This document shows, piece by piece, positions 37,331-50,886 of a stretch of 64,000 nt of DNA (its first letter is position 1; each line of letters opens with the position of its first letter). This DNA is from Octopus bimaculoides (taxonomy: Eukaryota), in NCBI RefSeq assembly GCF_001194135.2, contig NC_068985.1, positions 92,846,375-92,910,374 of the forward strand, written 5' to 3'. The translations under genes were made by a program, and so were the position numbers. The notes under the pieces are model-generated. The model had not been told where the DNA came from, did no database searches, and saw nothing but the letters and a program-made list of their open reading frames with translations.

Positions 37331-39568
37331 GGATTTTCAGATGCTGTCCTAAATTTAGAATGCTTGAAAGCAATAAATTATTTTTTATACAATATCTTTA
37401 AATGCAGAAAGAAAATGAACTCAAAACCCAACTTGGAACATGACTCTTGTAACCTAAGCATTCTTTCTTTGTTTTAAACTTTTCAGAAGACTCGTACCAT
37501 TTCTTTCAAAGTACAGGATTCTCAGGATGTTAGACTAGCATTGCATTCACTTTAACATCATTAATTACATTGCCCCCTACAAGTGTTCATCAGCACTAAG
37601 CTATTTTATGCTCTGATGGAATTTTCTCTCCAACTAATACGTTCTTCCTGGCATCTTTTAAAATAAGCCAGTCAGATTACCATTTAAAATGTATGAAGCA
37701 GTTTTAGTCCCTTCTTCAATGATGTCAGCACAAGTTTGAATAAAATTTGCTGCAGCTCTTTCACCTGCAATAACTATTCCTTTGGTCAGTTAAAGGTTAT
37801 GCAAAGCCACCGTTTTCATGAACTTTCAAATCTTTCTTTGCTTGTTAGAAATTCTGAAGATCTAAGTATTTCTTATATTCTGCATATAAACTTTATAGCC
37901 TTACTCTAAAATTATAACAAAACTCACTGGAGCATATTGCTATGTTCTTCAGCAATTTATACTTTTAATGAACTCTCCAGTTTTACTATATATATGCCTT
38001 GTGGGTTTTTAAATTCTTTTTTGTATATAATTGGTGCTTTCATATTTCCTATGTTACACAAATTTTTTTTTCCTGGTTTTATTATAAACTGAAGACACAG
38101 TTGATTTGCTCTTGTTTAAAGCCCTGTTTATTGAAAATTGAGATTAGCTGTTTCTGAATGGTTTATAATATCCATCTTTAATTCTATTGTATATTAATTT
38201 TATGTGGCTTACACTTCTTTAAGCTAGTACACTTCTTTCCATTAGTATCATCATTTTTACATTTTATGCTCATTTTTCTTTAGTCAATATAGGTAATAGG
38301 TCTTGTATACTTAAAAGCCTTCAGATGCTGCTTTTGTATAATAGTACTATATAATAGCACTGTGTAATAATGTGCAATAATGTTCTTTTACAAACATAAA
38401 TGACTGGAAAATCATATATGGGAATATTATATACACCCTTAGATTTCAATCTACAGAAAGAACATTCTGCACATGCTGATGACTTTCTCTTTAAATGAAT
38501 AAAATAATTATACCCCTACTTTTTTTTATGTATTGTAATATTCTACAACAGTGTTCCATTAAAAATTAAGTGAAGTTGAAGAATTTCTAGATGCAATGAA
38601 GTTCACTAATAAATGTTCAGATGTCCAAATTAGGGCATTAGTTTATCTGGCCTCAAATGTGGAAGTGTACAAAAGCCAAACAGATGCAGTGTGTGTGTGT
38701 GTGTGTGTGTGTGTACTGTAGTCATGTTCATAGTCACTAGAAATAGCTGTTTTCATTCTAGTATATTATATGTAATCATTTTCTCCTGTCACTTGTACTT
38801 CAAAAATGATGCTCTTTTTCTTCCTCACTTGATGCAGATCCTTTCTATTTTGGGTTCATATTACCTTAACTATGTCTCTATGGCATGACATTGTATTTGA
38901 AAGATAAATAAAAGAGAAAAATCTTTTATTTAACCTTTGTGGTTCATATGGTTAATCTTCTCTTAAAGTAACATGAAGAATTGTATTTTCCTGACTTTTT
39001 CTTACATTTTATTACTGTATGCCATTTCTAACAAAATTCTGATTTACATTTGAGATGTTCAAAGGATATCTCTGCTGAGTTTGCGTAATATATTTCATAT
39101 ATCAGATTTTCCGATATCCACTTCATGTGATTTTATGTTAGGAAGTGGCTTTAAAGTGTCACTGAAAGTATTGAAATAATATTTAAAATTCAAACAATAA
39201 TAATGTTATATTGGAAAAGTAGTAATGATAATAATTATCATCAAATAAAAGCTATTTTCAGTAGACTATCTCTTAAGTAAGTAAATCCTGTTTGTTGTAA
39301 GATACTGAATTTCTCAAGTGTTACTATAGATATGTAGTCACGAAACTGTCATCTCATTAAGATAAATTTCACACTTAATGTCATAACACTTTTTCTGGTT
39401 TCATACACTTGTAACTTAAATACTGCCTGTTATTAGCAAGAAAATGTCTGATATAGTTTCAACCAACAACCAGTAAAATTGCTCAACTAATTCTCTTAAA
39501 TTTTTGTGTATCGTTCCTTATGATTTATATTTATTTATTTCTTGAATCAGCATGTATTAAATTATATA

Positions 39569-39642
39569 TTTTTTTTCTGTTTGTTTCAGGTAAGCCTGCA
39601 ATATTTCCTCCCTCCTTGAAATACAATTGTAATGAGGTATGT
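39569..39642 (+). other. Candidate recursive splice site (ratchet point) with a 47-nt cryptic exon, 39590-39636
   Basis: TTTTTTTTCTGTTTGTTTCAG|GTAAGC at 39589/39590, then a second donor GAG|GTATGT at 39636/39637. Not inside a recognisable repeat. Confidence 0.5.
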
Positions 39643-40541
39643 TGATTGAGACAGTTTAAATGTGCTATTGTTTTCTTCACAGGTTTCCTTTATAGACTTC
39701 TGCATTTTTACCTTTAATTTTTCTTTCAAAGTGAAATTTTTAGCATTGTACGCAGAATTGTTCTAACATAATGAAAAGTGAACGAATCAACTATCTTCGT
39801 GCTAACTGATTCCATTCTTTCCTTGAATAAAGATCAACACACTATTGTTTCAGTAATGAATGATATAAAATTACCATTATTAGAATCTTTTAATCTCTCA
39901 CTTGTTTAGTGCACCAGCTATAGCAGCAATATTAGCTGCAATAATATCCATTGTTATTTTGCTACCCTCCTTAAGCACATATACTTTAGTGATTAATATA
40001 CATTTTAGTTCATTTTCACTTAGATTTATGTTGTATTTATGTTTCATATACTCAGGAATATTTAAACATTTTTTTAAAAATTTCTTTTCTCTCAAGGAGT
40101 ATATATTTAAAGTGAATCTCTCTGAATACATAAGATAATCCAGGCAATTGAAAAATAGCAACATCTTACAAAATAGAAGTGAAATTATATTTGAGAAATA
40201 AACAATAAGTTTCTGCTTGTAGATAACTTTTCATGGATGATAAATACATATTTGGAATGTGTAATTAAGGAATTACAATTAAACTGGATAGCATTGAAAT
40301 ATTTAGTTTATTCTGATTGATTTAAATAATCTTAAATTAATTCAATAGTAGTGCCACCCCAGATATTATGAGCAAAGGCACTTCTAAAAGAATATTAGTT
40401 TGTTACACATTTGTCTTAAGACTTCTGTATGAATTTTATTTTAGAGTCAGAAATATGATGCAAACCTGTGTGAAGTTTTCTTGCACTAAAATTGGGTTAT
40501 AAGTGGAAGAGCAAACAAGAAAAAATGTGGTTTACTATAAT

Positions 40542-40921
40542 CATGGCACTCCGTTGGTTATGACAACAAGGGTTCCAGTTGATCCGATCAACGGAACAGC
40601 CTGCTCGTGAAATTAATGTGCAAGTAGTTGAGTACTCCACAGGCATGTGTACCCTTAACATAGTTCTCAGGGAGATTCAGTGTGACACAGAGTGTGGCAA
40701 GGCTAGCCATTTTAAGTAAAGGTACAGCAGAAACCGGAAGAAAGAACAAGAGAAAGTTGTGGTGAATGAGTACAGCAGGGTTCGCCATCATCCCCTGCCA
40801 GAGCCTCATGGAGCTTTAGGTGTTTTTGCTCAATAAACACAATGCCTGGTCTGGGAATGGAAACCACGATCCTATAATCACAAGTTCACCTGCCCTAATC
40901 ACTGGGCCATTGTGCCTCCAC
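40542..40921 (-). mobile_element. tRNA-derived SINE, family F, full length, with 8-bp target-site duplication
   Basis: Minus strand head GTGGAGGCACAATGGCCCAGTGATTAGGG...GGTTTCCATTCCC, 3' stem-loop GTTGATC-G-GATCAAC. ACTATAAT occurs at 40534-40541 and 40922-40929. Confidence 0.88.
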
Positions 40922-42083
40922 ACTATAATAACTAATGGTTATGTAGTGGATAATATTTGAAATGTTTGCTAAAAGAAAGGAAAAGCAAACATGGCACTGG
41001 ACTTTACTAACATGTAAATTTTTGCAAAAAATCATTTTTCTAAGGTTGGATTATATTTTACTTTTTTGCATTAGATGCACACTGTCATGTGACTTCAGGG
41101 AGGTTTGCCATGTCTATATGGGATAAAAAGAAAATAAGAATAAAGGTGTAGTATGAAAAGGACTTCCAACCCAAAAGGTTCCAAAAAAGCCATTTTCATC
41201 TGGCAGTATATGATGGTGTTATCACATAAGCCAGCTTTGCTAGTGGAGGATGCTATGGCATTAAAACATGGAGGACAAATAATGAAGGTTGGGAAGACTT
41301 ACAAATCAAAGGAAGTATGTCTGTAAGATTAGCAAAAAGTGATAAAATGTAGCTAATTGTAAGACCATCAGAGTAAATGAAATCTAAATGACAGTTAAAT
41401 GTAAATTCTAGGTGAACTGGAAGTGTTTTAGAATAAATTATTTGAAAGACATTGATTGTAGAGCTGTTGGCGTTGTTTTATTGAATATAATTCAATACAT
41501 ACTTGAGCAGATACAGAGATGCTAAGTAGAGTCATTAAGAGAATATCACCTCATGACAGACATGTAAAAGTTATTCATAGCAATGGAAAAGAATAGTTGT
41601 CAAAGTTTGCTTGGTATATATATATATGGGCATTGCCTCAGTCACAGAATTCCACATTCCTGAAAGTCTTATTACATAGAATTCTGTTACACAAGACATA
41701 TTTTACCATTGATTTCCATGTTTTAAAATGAGATGTGTTTCTACTGGTTTTTGTGTGTGTGTGTGTGGTGGAGGTATATTGCACCCACTTTCAATCATGA
41801 ACATGAAAGTATGAATTTTTCAGTATACAGATTATATGTAAAGACGTTTGAAGAGAAATATACTAAGGAATATAGTGCTATTGTTTGATAGTATTCTCCA
41901 CAAATGAGATACTGCTATGTGATAGGTAACACTAGTACTATCGAAGTTTTTGGTAAGGAAGGGGTACTATCTTCTATTTTGTAGTTCATCATGATTTGCT
42001 GCAAAGAGGTGGGGAAAAATCTTATCTTATATAAGTTAGCACTGGATGTTAATTAGTGTAGAAGTGAGTATGGATGAGAAAGG

Positions 42084-42086
<3 letters not shown>

Positions 42087-42168
<82 letters not shown>
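42087..42168. repeat. (AG)n microsatellite, about 40 units
   Basis: Direct reading. Confidence 0.97.
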
Positions 42169-42172
<4 letters not shown>

Positions 42173-42730
42173 AGAAAGGTTGTGACTTCATTAAAAGAGA
42201 TCATGTGATCAGCGTTTGAGAATGGAAGTTTGGTGATCAAGATATTGGGATGAATGATTCATAGAAGGAAATCTGATTTTTAAAGGAAAGAAGAGAAAAA
42301 AGAAATGCTTTCTTGATTTCACATGAGCTGAAGGTTAAGCAGTATAAATATAAAATTCAACAAAGTGAAATCTTTAATTGTTTAGATTTAAAAATAAATG
42401 TTGTAGATAGACACTCTGGGTTACCTCAGGCAAATTTGTTCCATCATTAGCTTACAAGATTAAGAAGCAGAACCAAAAGCATAAAAGAATTGAATATGGA
42501 TGGAAATGACAGAAGGCTTGTGTGTGTTTGCGAGAAAAAGAGGTAAACTGTTGGTATTCTGTCTGAATGCAGAATACTTGATTGGAAAGATTTGTGTTAA
42601 AAGGCATAACAATCCCTTGGTATTAACAATATCTTTAGGAAAGGAAAACAGATTGGAAACAAATTGTGTAGTTAAAAAAAAGGAATAAAAAAACTATAGC
42701 AGACAATAAACAAAAGAAATTCTGGTAAAG

Positions 42731-42920
42731 ATTCTTTTATTTGTTTCAGTCAATTGACTGTAGCCATGCTGGAGCACTGCCTTTAATCAAATAAATCAAC
42801 CCCAGAACTTATTTTTTGTAAGCCTAGTACTTATTCTATCGCTAAGTTATGGAGACATAAACACACCGGCATCGTCAAGCGAAGCTGGGGGGACAAACAC
42901 ACACACACACACACACACAT

Positions 42921-42985
<65 letters not shown>

Positions 42986-43139
42986 TGATAAGCTTCTTTC
43001 AGTTTCCATCTACCAAATCCACTCACAAGGCTTTGGTCAACCCGAGGCTTTAGTAGAAGACACTTGCCCAAGGTGCTGCGCAGTGGGACTGAACCCAGAA
43101 CCATGTGGTTAGTAAGCAAGCTACTTACTGCACAGCTGC
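42731..43139 (-). mobile_element. SINE family A, near full length
   Basis: Colinear with 28831-29258, with an internal deletion near the middle. Confidence 0.9.
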
Positions 43140-46099
43140 CAACATAACATGGCAGTCCTGGGTTAGGACAAATGTTGCTGTAGTTTAGCCCCAGGAGACA
43201 TCATCTCCAGCTGGCTATATGCCACGATCTGTGTCCTTATATTTTTTTCGAACTGGGGAACCTAGCACCCCGACTCAGCTCAATACAATATCTATGTATC
43301 GCGATTTCCAAAGTACTGTTGCTGAATATCTCTCGTTGTGAGATTTACAAATAGTAATTTTCTAAAAGAAATTGTTGGAATAAAGTTGCTGTTTATGTAT
43401 ACAAGTATAGAGTACTGAACTGTTTGAAAGTTAAACAATTATTAGAAAAGTACTGTTTGTATCAAAATAAATAAGGCTGGATTTCTCTTCCTATAATGGT
43501 CAGTAAACTTGGTAGCATGGCATTTTGACCTATGGTTGGTTAGTATGAAATATAAATAATGCACTATACTGCACATTTATCATAGAATACCTACAAAATC
43601 CATGAGTATAGTCTATTCATTCCGACAAAAGAATGGAAAAAAAAAAGTACATGAAAGACTGAGTACAACTTATTTTTGTCATGTAACTTCTTGGTTCATA
43701 CCTCACAAACAAAGCAGATACTCCAGAGACCATTGTAAAGCAAAGGATGAAAGCATGCCTACAGAGAGATATAACCATCCTCTTAGATAACTAGTTCTTT
43801 ACATACAATGATTTTAAAATAGAATTAAGGTCTAAAAGATATAAATGTCAAAATTTTGGCAGATTCAGAAGCAATTGGCACTCTTTGCATTTATAATAAT
43901 AAATTGGTACAAGATTACTGACCTATATGTTTAGATGTTTGGAAAACATCTGGCAATCTCAAGGTTTCAGAAATATAAGTCTTCCTTTCTGATACATCCT
44001 TTATAGAACATTGACCATATGCTAATTCAACTCCAATTTTATACATACACACACAAACATGTGTGTGTTTACTTGTTTTCAGCATATGTAATCAGAAACC
44101 TGCTCATCATAACTTCTCTTGTATGTATTTTTTGGATGATTGTTTGGCAAGTGGTTGGTACAGGCAGAGAATAACAATAATAATAATAATAATGATCATT
44201 CATCTTGATACTCATGTCCCACCTATATTTGTAATAATAGCAGTAATAACGCATGAAGAATAATACAGATAACATTAGGAAGAAAGGTTTGGGGCAGTAG
44301 TACCAGGTTGAGTAAAGTTATATACAAATATTCCACAACCTTAAAAAATATCCATTACCATCAAATGAAATAAGAAACAAAAAAAAAACGCTTTAACATC
44401 AGATGTGATAATAAAGAAAAAACAGGCATAAATATGTTTGTGGGTATCTGTAACTTATTTTTGCATAAAGTTGTGTGGGTTTTTTAAAATTTTTGTTTGT
44501 TTATTTCATTGCTCTTTAGTTTGTGAATGTATTGCTAACATCTGCACTGTTGGCTGACTACCACACAAAAAGTAAATGCACTAATGGAGTGCAAATGAAA
44601 CCAACTCTACAGTAACTCAACTTGTAACAAATAGTAAAAGAAAAAAAGGTGCTTGAAGCATTTTTTTAAATTTGATGCTTTAGATAGGACTAAAATTGAA
44701 GTATAAAAACTACAACTTTAAGAAATAATCTAAATAAAGGGTCAGATTTTATTCTTCACGAAATGTGTGAACAAACAAGATACAGAGAAAAGAACATGAC
44801 CATATTAAATGAATATCTTAAGTACATTCTGCCTTAGAATACGACTACATTTTATACTTATATATTGAGTAAATAATCCTGTTTTCTTAGTAACTTTGCC
44901 TCTAACATCCTAGTTAATTTAACAAGATTTATCTTAAAGGTGTCAGACGTAAAAGTAGAAGAAATATATATAAAGAAATACAAACAACAAACGAGAAAGA
45001 AGGAAACAAAACAAAATGAGCTGAGCATTTAAATTATGATTACTATAAGCATAAACCAGGAAGACAGATTGAATAAATGCAAAATAGACAAACAAATAAC
45101 TAATAAAATTTGAACTATCATAACAAGAAAAGCAAACAACTACGTACGAAAAATATAAACAATTAAATATGAGAAAAATTTAATGGCAGACAGATCTAAA
45201 GTTGAAATTTGTGCTTATGGCAATATTATAAAGGTGGAAATAGTTAAAGAATTAAAATCAATAACTCTTTCAATAGATGAATGAAAGACCTTTTTGAAGT
45301 TTAAAAAAAAGTAATGATAAAATAACAACAAAACGAAAATGAAACTATTATCTGGATAAAATAGTTATTTGTCAGAATTGGTAGAATGGTGGACAAAGTA
45401 GCGTAATTTAGCTGTCAAACTTTATGTTCTGATGTTAACTGTCCCTTTCAACAGAATAAGTACTAGTTGCTTACTGGGGCCAATCTTTTCAACAATACTA
45501 TTTGAAGACGCTCCACTGATGTTAGAAAATCAGTATTGTCAGGATCCAGTAAATAATTCATGGAATGTCAACTACTGTGGAAATGTGAAAAGAGTTCCTG
45601 GTCAAAATATTTGGTATTGGAACAGTTTAAGGTTTAAACAATGTGTAAAATCACTGAAGAACAATAAAATTCAGAGCTCTCAACTGTTAATGACAACAGC
45701 AAAGATACACAAATGTAAAAGAAAATAAAAATTAAATGCTGCAAAGATATCAGTTAACAGAAAAGATTAAAATAGTCATTTCTTGAAGTATTGAGAAATA
45801 AGATTGCATATTCCACATGAGCATTAACTGTGTAAATTAAGATGGACTGACTCTTGATAGGGAAATAGACTAGTTTAGTGAAGTTGGTTTACAGGAAGAT
45901 TGCCAGTGTGTGTTATAACAAACCATAATCTTCTCTGAAATAAGTTGTAAATTACAACAAAATTATTCTAACATGTGCAGGCCATCATTCATACATGTGC
46001 ACACAAGATCTGCAAGAATATGTGTACAGTGAGTCTGAAACAAGGCTGCTTGTTCTGATTAGTAATTTGTAATTACTCCCATCCTTGTTAATGCTTTTG

Positions 46100-46245
46100 C
46101 TAATACGGCGTTAGGAAGGGCATCCAGCTGTACAAACTCAGCCAGATCAGATTGGAGCCTGGTGCAGCCATCTGGTTCACCAGTCCTCATTCAAATCGTC
46201 CAACCCATGCTAGCATGGAAAGAGGACGTTAAACGATGATGATGA
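46100..46245 (+). mobile_element. RTE-type 3' tail ending in (GAT)n and running into (TA)n
   Basis: GGCGTTAGGAAGGGCATCCAGCTGTA...CCAACCCATGCTAGCATGGAAAGAGGACGTTAAACGATGATGATG. Confidence 0.8.
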
Positions 46246-46272
46246 TTATATATATATATATATATATATATA

Positions 46273-46979
46273 NNNNNNNNNNNNNNNNNNNNNNNNNNNN
46301 NNNNNNNNNNNNNNNNNNNNNNNNNNNNNNNNNNNNNNNNNNNNNNNNNNNNNNNNNNNNNNNNNNNNNNNNNNNNNNNNNNNNNNNNNNNNNNNNNNNN
46401 NNNNNNNNNNNNNNNNNNNNNNNNNNNNNNNNNNNNNNNNNNNNNNNNNNNNNNNNNNNNNNNNNNNNNNNNNNNNNNNNNNNNNNNNNNNNNNNNNNNN
46501 NNNNNNNNNNNNNNNNNNNNNNNNNNNNNNNNNNNNNNNNNNNNNNNNNNNNNNNNNNNNNNNNNNNNNNNNNNNNNNNNNNNNNNNNNNNNNNNNNNNN
46601 NNNNNNNNNNNNNNNNNNNNNNNNNNNNNNNNNNNNNNNNNNNNNNNNNNNNNNNNNNNNNNNNNNNNNNNNNNNNNNNNNNNNNNNNNNNNNNNNNNNN
46701 NNNNNNNNNNNNNNNNNNNNNNNNNNNNNNNNNNNNNNNNNNNNNNNNNNNNNNNNNNNNNNNNNNNNNNNNNNNNNNNNNNNNNNNNNNNNNNNNNNNN
46801 NNNNNNNNNNNNNNNNNNNNNNNNNNNNNNNNNNNNNNNNNNNNNNNNNNNNNNNNNNNNNNNNNNNNNNNNNNNNNNNNNNNNNNNNNNNNNNNNNNNN
46901 NNNNNNNNNNNNNNNNNNNNNNNNNNNNNNNNNNNNNNNNNNNNNNNNNNNNNNNNNNNNNNNNNNNNNNNNNNNNNNN
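46273..46979. other. Assembly gap after (TA)n
   Basis: Run of N. Confidence 0.99.
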
Positions 46980-49054
46980 TAAAGATTAATTTCTACACAA
47001 TCCAGAAATTAAATTGTTCAAAAAAAAAAAGAAAAAAAGAACTTTCAATAGCCATAGAAGAGATCATCTGTTTTGTTTTTCTGTCCTAAAGTTGTTGGAT
47101 AGATAGATTGGCTCAAATATTAAGAGTTAATAGTCCTGTTTTAACGGAAATGGCATAGTAAATACCTTTTGTTGATTGTCTTTTAACCAGTCTTTCCTGA
47201 GAATTTGGTGTATTGTTTATTGTTTACTGTCTTTTCTTGTCATTGGAGAAAATATTTCAATTTTATATTTTGAACATGAAAGATGAAAATTCAGGGGAAA
47301 TAAATTTATGATTTGTGGTGTTTGTTATGCTTGTAGCACCATAAATTTGTGTTTAAATCATTTTTGTTATAACTGAATTTGTGTATTGTTGCCAATTTGA
47401 TTCTAAACACCCTGAACTAAGGAAGTCATTACAACTGGTAAAAATAGCGACCAAATATCATTAAGATCTCACTTTACTCTCCTAAAAGAGTAAGGACTAC
47501 ACACTGGATATTTCTTTATATGATTAAAAAAGTCTATGAGAGCCAGAGAGCCCTTTGGTCATATGTTTCCTTGATCAGAGCTGGTCTGGAGTTAAACAAC
47601 TTACTAAACATCTGTTAATAGGCCAAAAAAAAAAATGATATATTATTAGATTTTCATGAGTCATTTAAATGATATATTATGTATGCTATGATGAGTGAAA
47701 TTCACCTCTGGGATTATCATTTTATTACAGAAAATTTCTCCATTAAAAGAAAAATACTTTTTTTTTAATTAAACTACTGGCAAATCAACTTGTTATTTGA
47801 TGTTTTAATATTACAACATTTAGGTGAAGATGAAACAATCTTCTTAGATAAAGTTTGTAGTTAAAAATGTTTGGTGTTGGATTGGCTTGAAGTTTCCAGA
47901 ATTTTTTTTTTCTTCTTCAAAAGAGCTGTTGAAAAATATTGCTTTCTACAGAATAAACCTAATCATATAACGAGCAGAACAGTTGCTGCGTAGAGATAAA
48001 AATCAGAAACCACTTGGTCAAGGAATTTTTACTGACATCTAGCTTGCCTTATGTTTTTGTTTTTTTTTTTGTTTTAAGTTACCTTAATTTTATTTATAGG
48101 CTAATTTTCAGAGATGTCCTGCACTTGGGTATACTAAATTTAAACTTCAGCTGCTAATTGAGAGAAAGTTAGCTTTTATTTCTAACCAGATGCCAATTTT
48201 CTATCTTCAGAACCATGATTACACATTAGGTTTTTAAATTGTCAGTAAACAAAATGACTTAGAATCAGTTTTACATGTCTTCAAACCAACAGCATATCAC
48301 TTGGTGATAAGTCTTCCATTTTCTACTTCTTTATTCTATTTAATTTGATAGCAGTTGTCAGCATAATCTAATTGGTTAAAAGTTTCAGTTTTTGAGTGGC
48401 TAAAATGGGCTCTGTTCCAATTTAACACTGAATGTTCGACATTCTTGCTTGATTAGTGTTTACTTTGCAAATTGAAGCCAAAGTGTGATAGAGACATGCT
48501 AATGAGTATATGGTTCAAACTCAAGGACAAGAAATTATAGCTTTTCTGCCTATAAATAACAAGATAATTCTGGAACTATCTTTTGATATCTGTATAAGAA
48601 AATTTCAGCCTGTAAAACTGAAATATTCCAATTTTCAAACTAGTGTCATGCTATGCTTAAAACATTGCTGCTTTATAGCAGGTCAATAAGATATTTCCGT
48701 ATCCTAGCATTTTTTTTTTTTAAATGCATGTATATTTCTATGTATAGCATATATATAAATGTGCATGTATACATGTGTCTATATGTTATAAAAACATTTC
48801 ATTACTGAATAAGTAATGTCTTCATACAGAAAAACAGAGAATAGAGAACTGTTACTTTATACTTTTGATTCTTGAAATTTTCAGGAATTCTTATCTAATG
48901 AATGTTGACGGGAACATTTTGGAATGGATTGTTTCTAAATTAGAATATGAATATATTTATTGTATCCTATGGATCTGGTTAGAAATTTGAGAATATTCCC
49001 CAATTTTCAAAAGTTAGCAATTTTCAACATTTTTCTGTCCACGACATAACACTA

Positions 49055-50206
49055 CAGGGTGCGGTGAATAAATTGTCGTCTTAATTATACAAAAATGAAA
49101 ATAACGCGGACATCTCATTTTTACCAAAATTACATAAAAATACCTTGAAATACTCAAGAGTAAATTTATTCAATAAAATCACCATTGGCTTCAACTATGG
49201 CCTCCAGACGACTTCAGAATCTCCCGCAACTCTTCCGGATGGTCTCTGCCATAATTCTTGCCTTCAGGTCATCTTTTGTGTTAGGAGTTTTGTTGGTCTC
49301 TCACTCAACTGCACCCCACACATAATGCAGAGTCTTGTTGCCAGACACAGGGTCTTCTAGCAGCCACCCTCTTGACCCAGGGCAACACTACCTCCTGCAG
49401 GCACTTGATGTAGGACTCTATGTTGAATCTGAGGCCGTATGGGAAGATGGAGGCATAACGTCGCCACCACTAGTGATCACTCCAAACACCATGATGTTGA
49501 CTGGATGTTTGATTTTTATCACTCTCAGTACATGTTTTGGGGACACAGCAAGCCAATGGTTGTTCTGTGTGTTCACCATCTGATCCTGCCAGAATTTTTT
49601 CTTGTCTGAGAAAAGCCAAAGCATGTCTGCTTGGAGGGGATGCTTGAGTTGGTTCAAAAGCATTGTAACATGGTCTTTCCACCTGTCTTTGATGGCTTGG
49701 AATAAAAATTTGGCCCTTTCTCATCTTGTATGAGGAATAACAAATGTCTTCATGTACTACCTGCCAGATAAGAAAATCAGGTACTCCCATGTCCCTGGCA
49801 ATGGATCTGATTGACTTGGAGAGAATGTTGTCACTCATGACTTGGATTTCACTAACAAATTCGATTCTTTTCTTATCAGAATGTCCAGAGTGAGTTTTCC
49901 AAGCTGCCATACCTTCGCAATCACCATTAGACTCCTCCAACTCTTTCGGAATTTACTGCGCTGTCCTCTGATTGACACCCAAACACTCTGAAATGTTCAT
50001 ATTGGAGCTTCTGGCATGAATGCCTATCACTACAACATGTCATTTCCAAATTTCTGGCAGAGAGAATTGCGTCATGGTGCTGTTTTTCTCACGGACAGTA
50101 CCCAACTGACCCTACTATACTGTGTAGTCGACAAAATCAAAAACAAGCAAAGTGCATGCACGAAATTAGAAGTATAAAATGGCAACAATTTACCCATTGC
50201 ACCCTG
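49055..50206 (-). mobile_element. Tc1/mariner-superfamily element of maT (DD37D) type, with decayed transposase
   Basis: TIRs CAGGGTGCGGTGAATAAATTGTCG and reverse-complement CAGGGTGCAATGGGTAAATTGTTG, with TA at 49053-54 and 50207-08. Transposase pieces: SKSIRSIARDMGV (HTH), LWLFSDKKKFWQDQMVNTQNNHW, KHPVNIMVFGVITSGGDVMPP, VWQQDSA fused to YVWGAVE. The SPDLNPLD segment is deleted and there are frameshifts. Confidence 0.92.
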
Positions 50207-50400
50207 TACATTGATTATGGACTTAAGCATTGCTGCAAATCATTAACTTTTTAAAGGTTTTAGGCATAAATGTAACTTTCAGGGGTTAGCTTTGCTCTCA
50301 TATCCTTTTGAGCTCAGTCATATTGCATGGCACTTGAGCAAGTGTTTTATACTGTAAGCCCTTGGCCAACCAAATGAATTGGACAGATGAAAACTAGATG

Positions 50401-50886
50401 GAAACTGGTCCTCTGTGGATCACATCCCTACTTCTCAACATAGTCACCATTTTTCTCAATAGCAACGTTCCATTTCTGAATGAGAGCATGTATCCCTGCC
50501 CCGTAAAATTCTGTTGACTGTTCTCTGAGCCACCTCTTCACTACAGTTTTCACTTCTTCATCACTGGAATAATTTAGCGCCTTCAGACTATCATCTCTTC
50601 AGCCCCATGAAAGAGGGTTGGAGAGATAAACATTATTCCAGTGACGAGGAAGTGAAAACTGTAGTGAAGAAGTGGCTCAGATAACAGTCAACAGAATTTT
50701 ACAGGTCATGGATACATGCTCTCATTCAAAGATTGAACGTTGCTACTGAGAGAAATGGTAACTATGTTGAGAAGTAGGAATATGTTCCACAGAGGACCAG
50801 CTTCATTCTAATGCATGATACATGTTACTGCGTCGGTAATTATACCTGTCCTAAACAAAATGGCAATACTTCTTGACTCACCCTTG
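50401..50886 (+). mobile_element. Mariner 3' end with an inverted duplication (foldback)
   Basis: 50574-50776 encodes LAPSDYHLFSPMKEGWRDKHYSSDEEVKTVVKKWLR*...NGNYVEK*. Right TIR ...CTTCTTGACTCACCCTTG with TA at 50887-88. 50401-50573 is the reverse complement of 50632-50804. Confidence 0.88.

Noticed and set aside
41220-41239. TATCACATAAGCCAGCTTTG, similar to miR-2
   Set aside because: A 3-nt insertion breaks the seed and the surrounding hairpin is weak.
45432-45728. 98-aa + strand ORF with a good-looking acceptor (TTAAC...CCCTTTCAACAG)
   Set aside because: The acceptor region is a decayed SINE family B copy (about 45370-45485). The peptide has no recognisable motif, and a few ORFs of this length are expected by chance.
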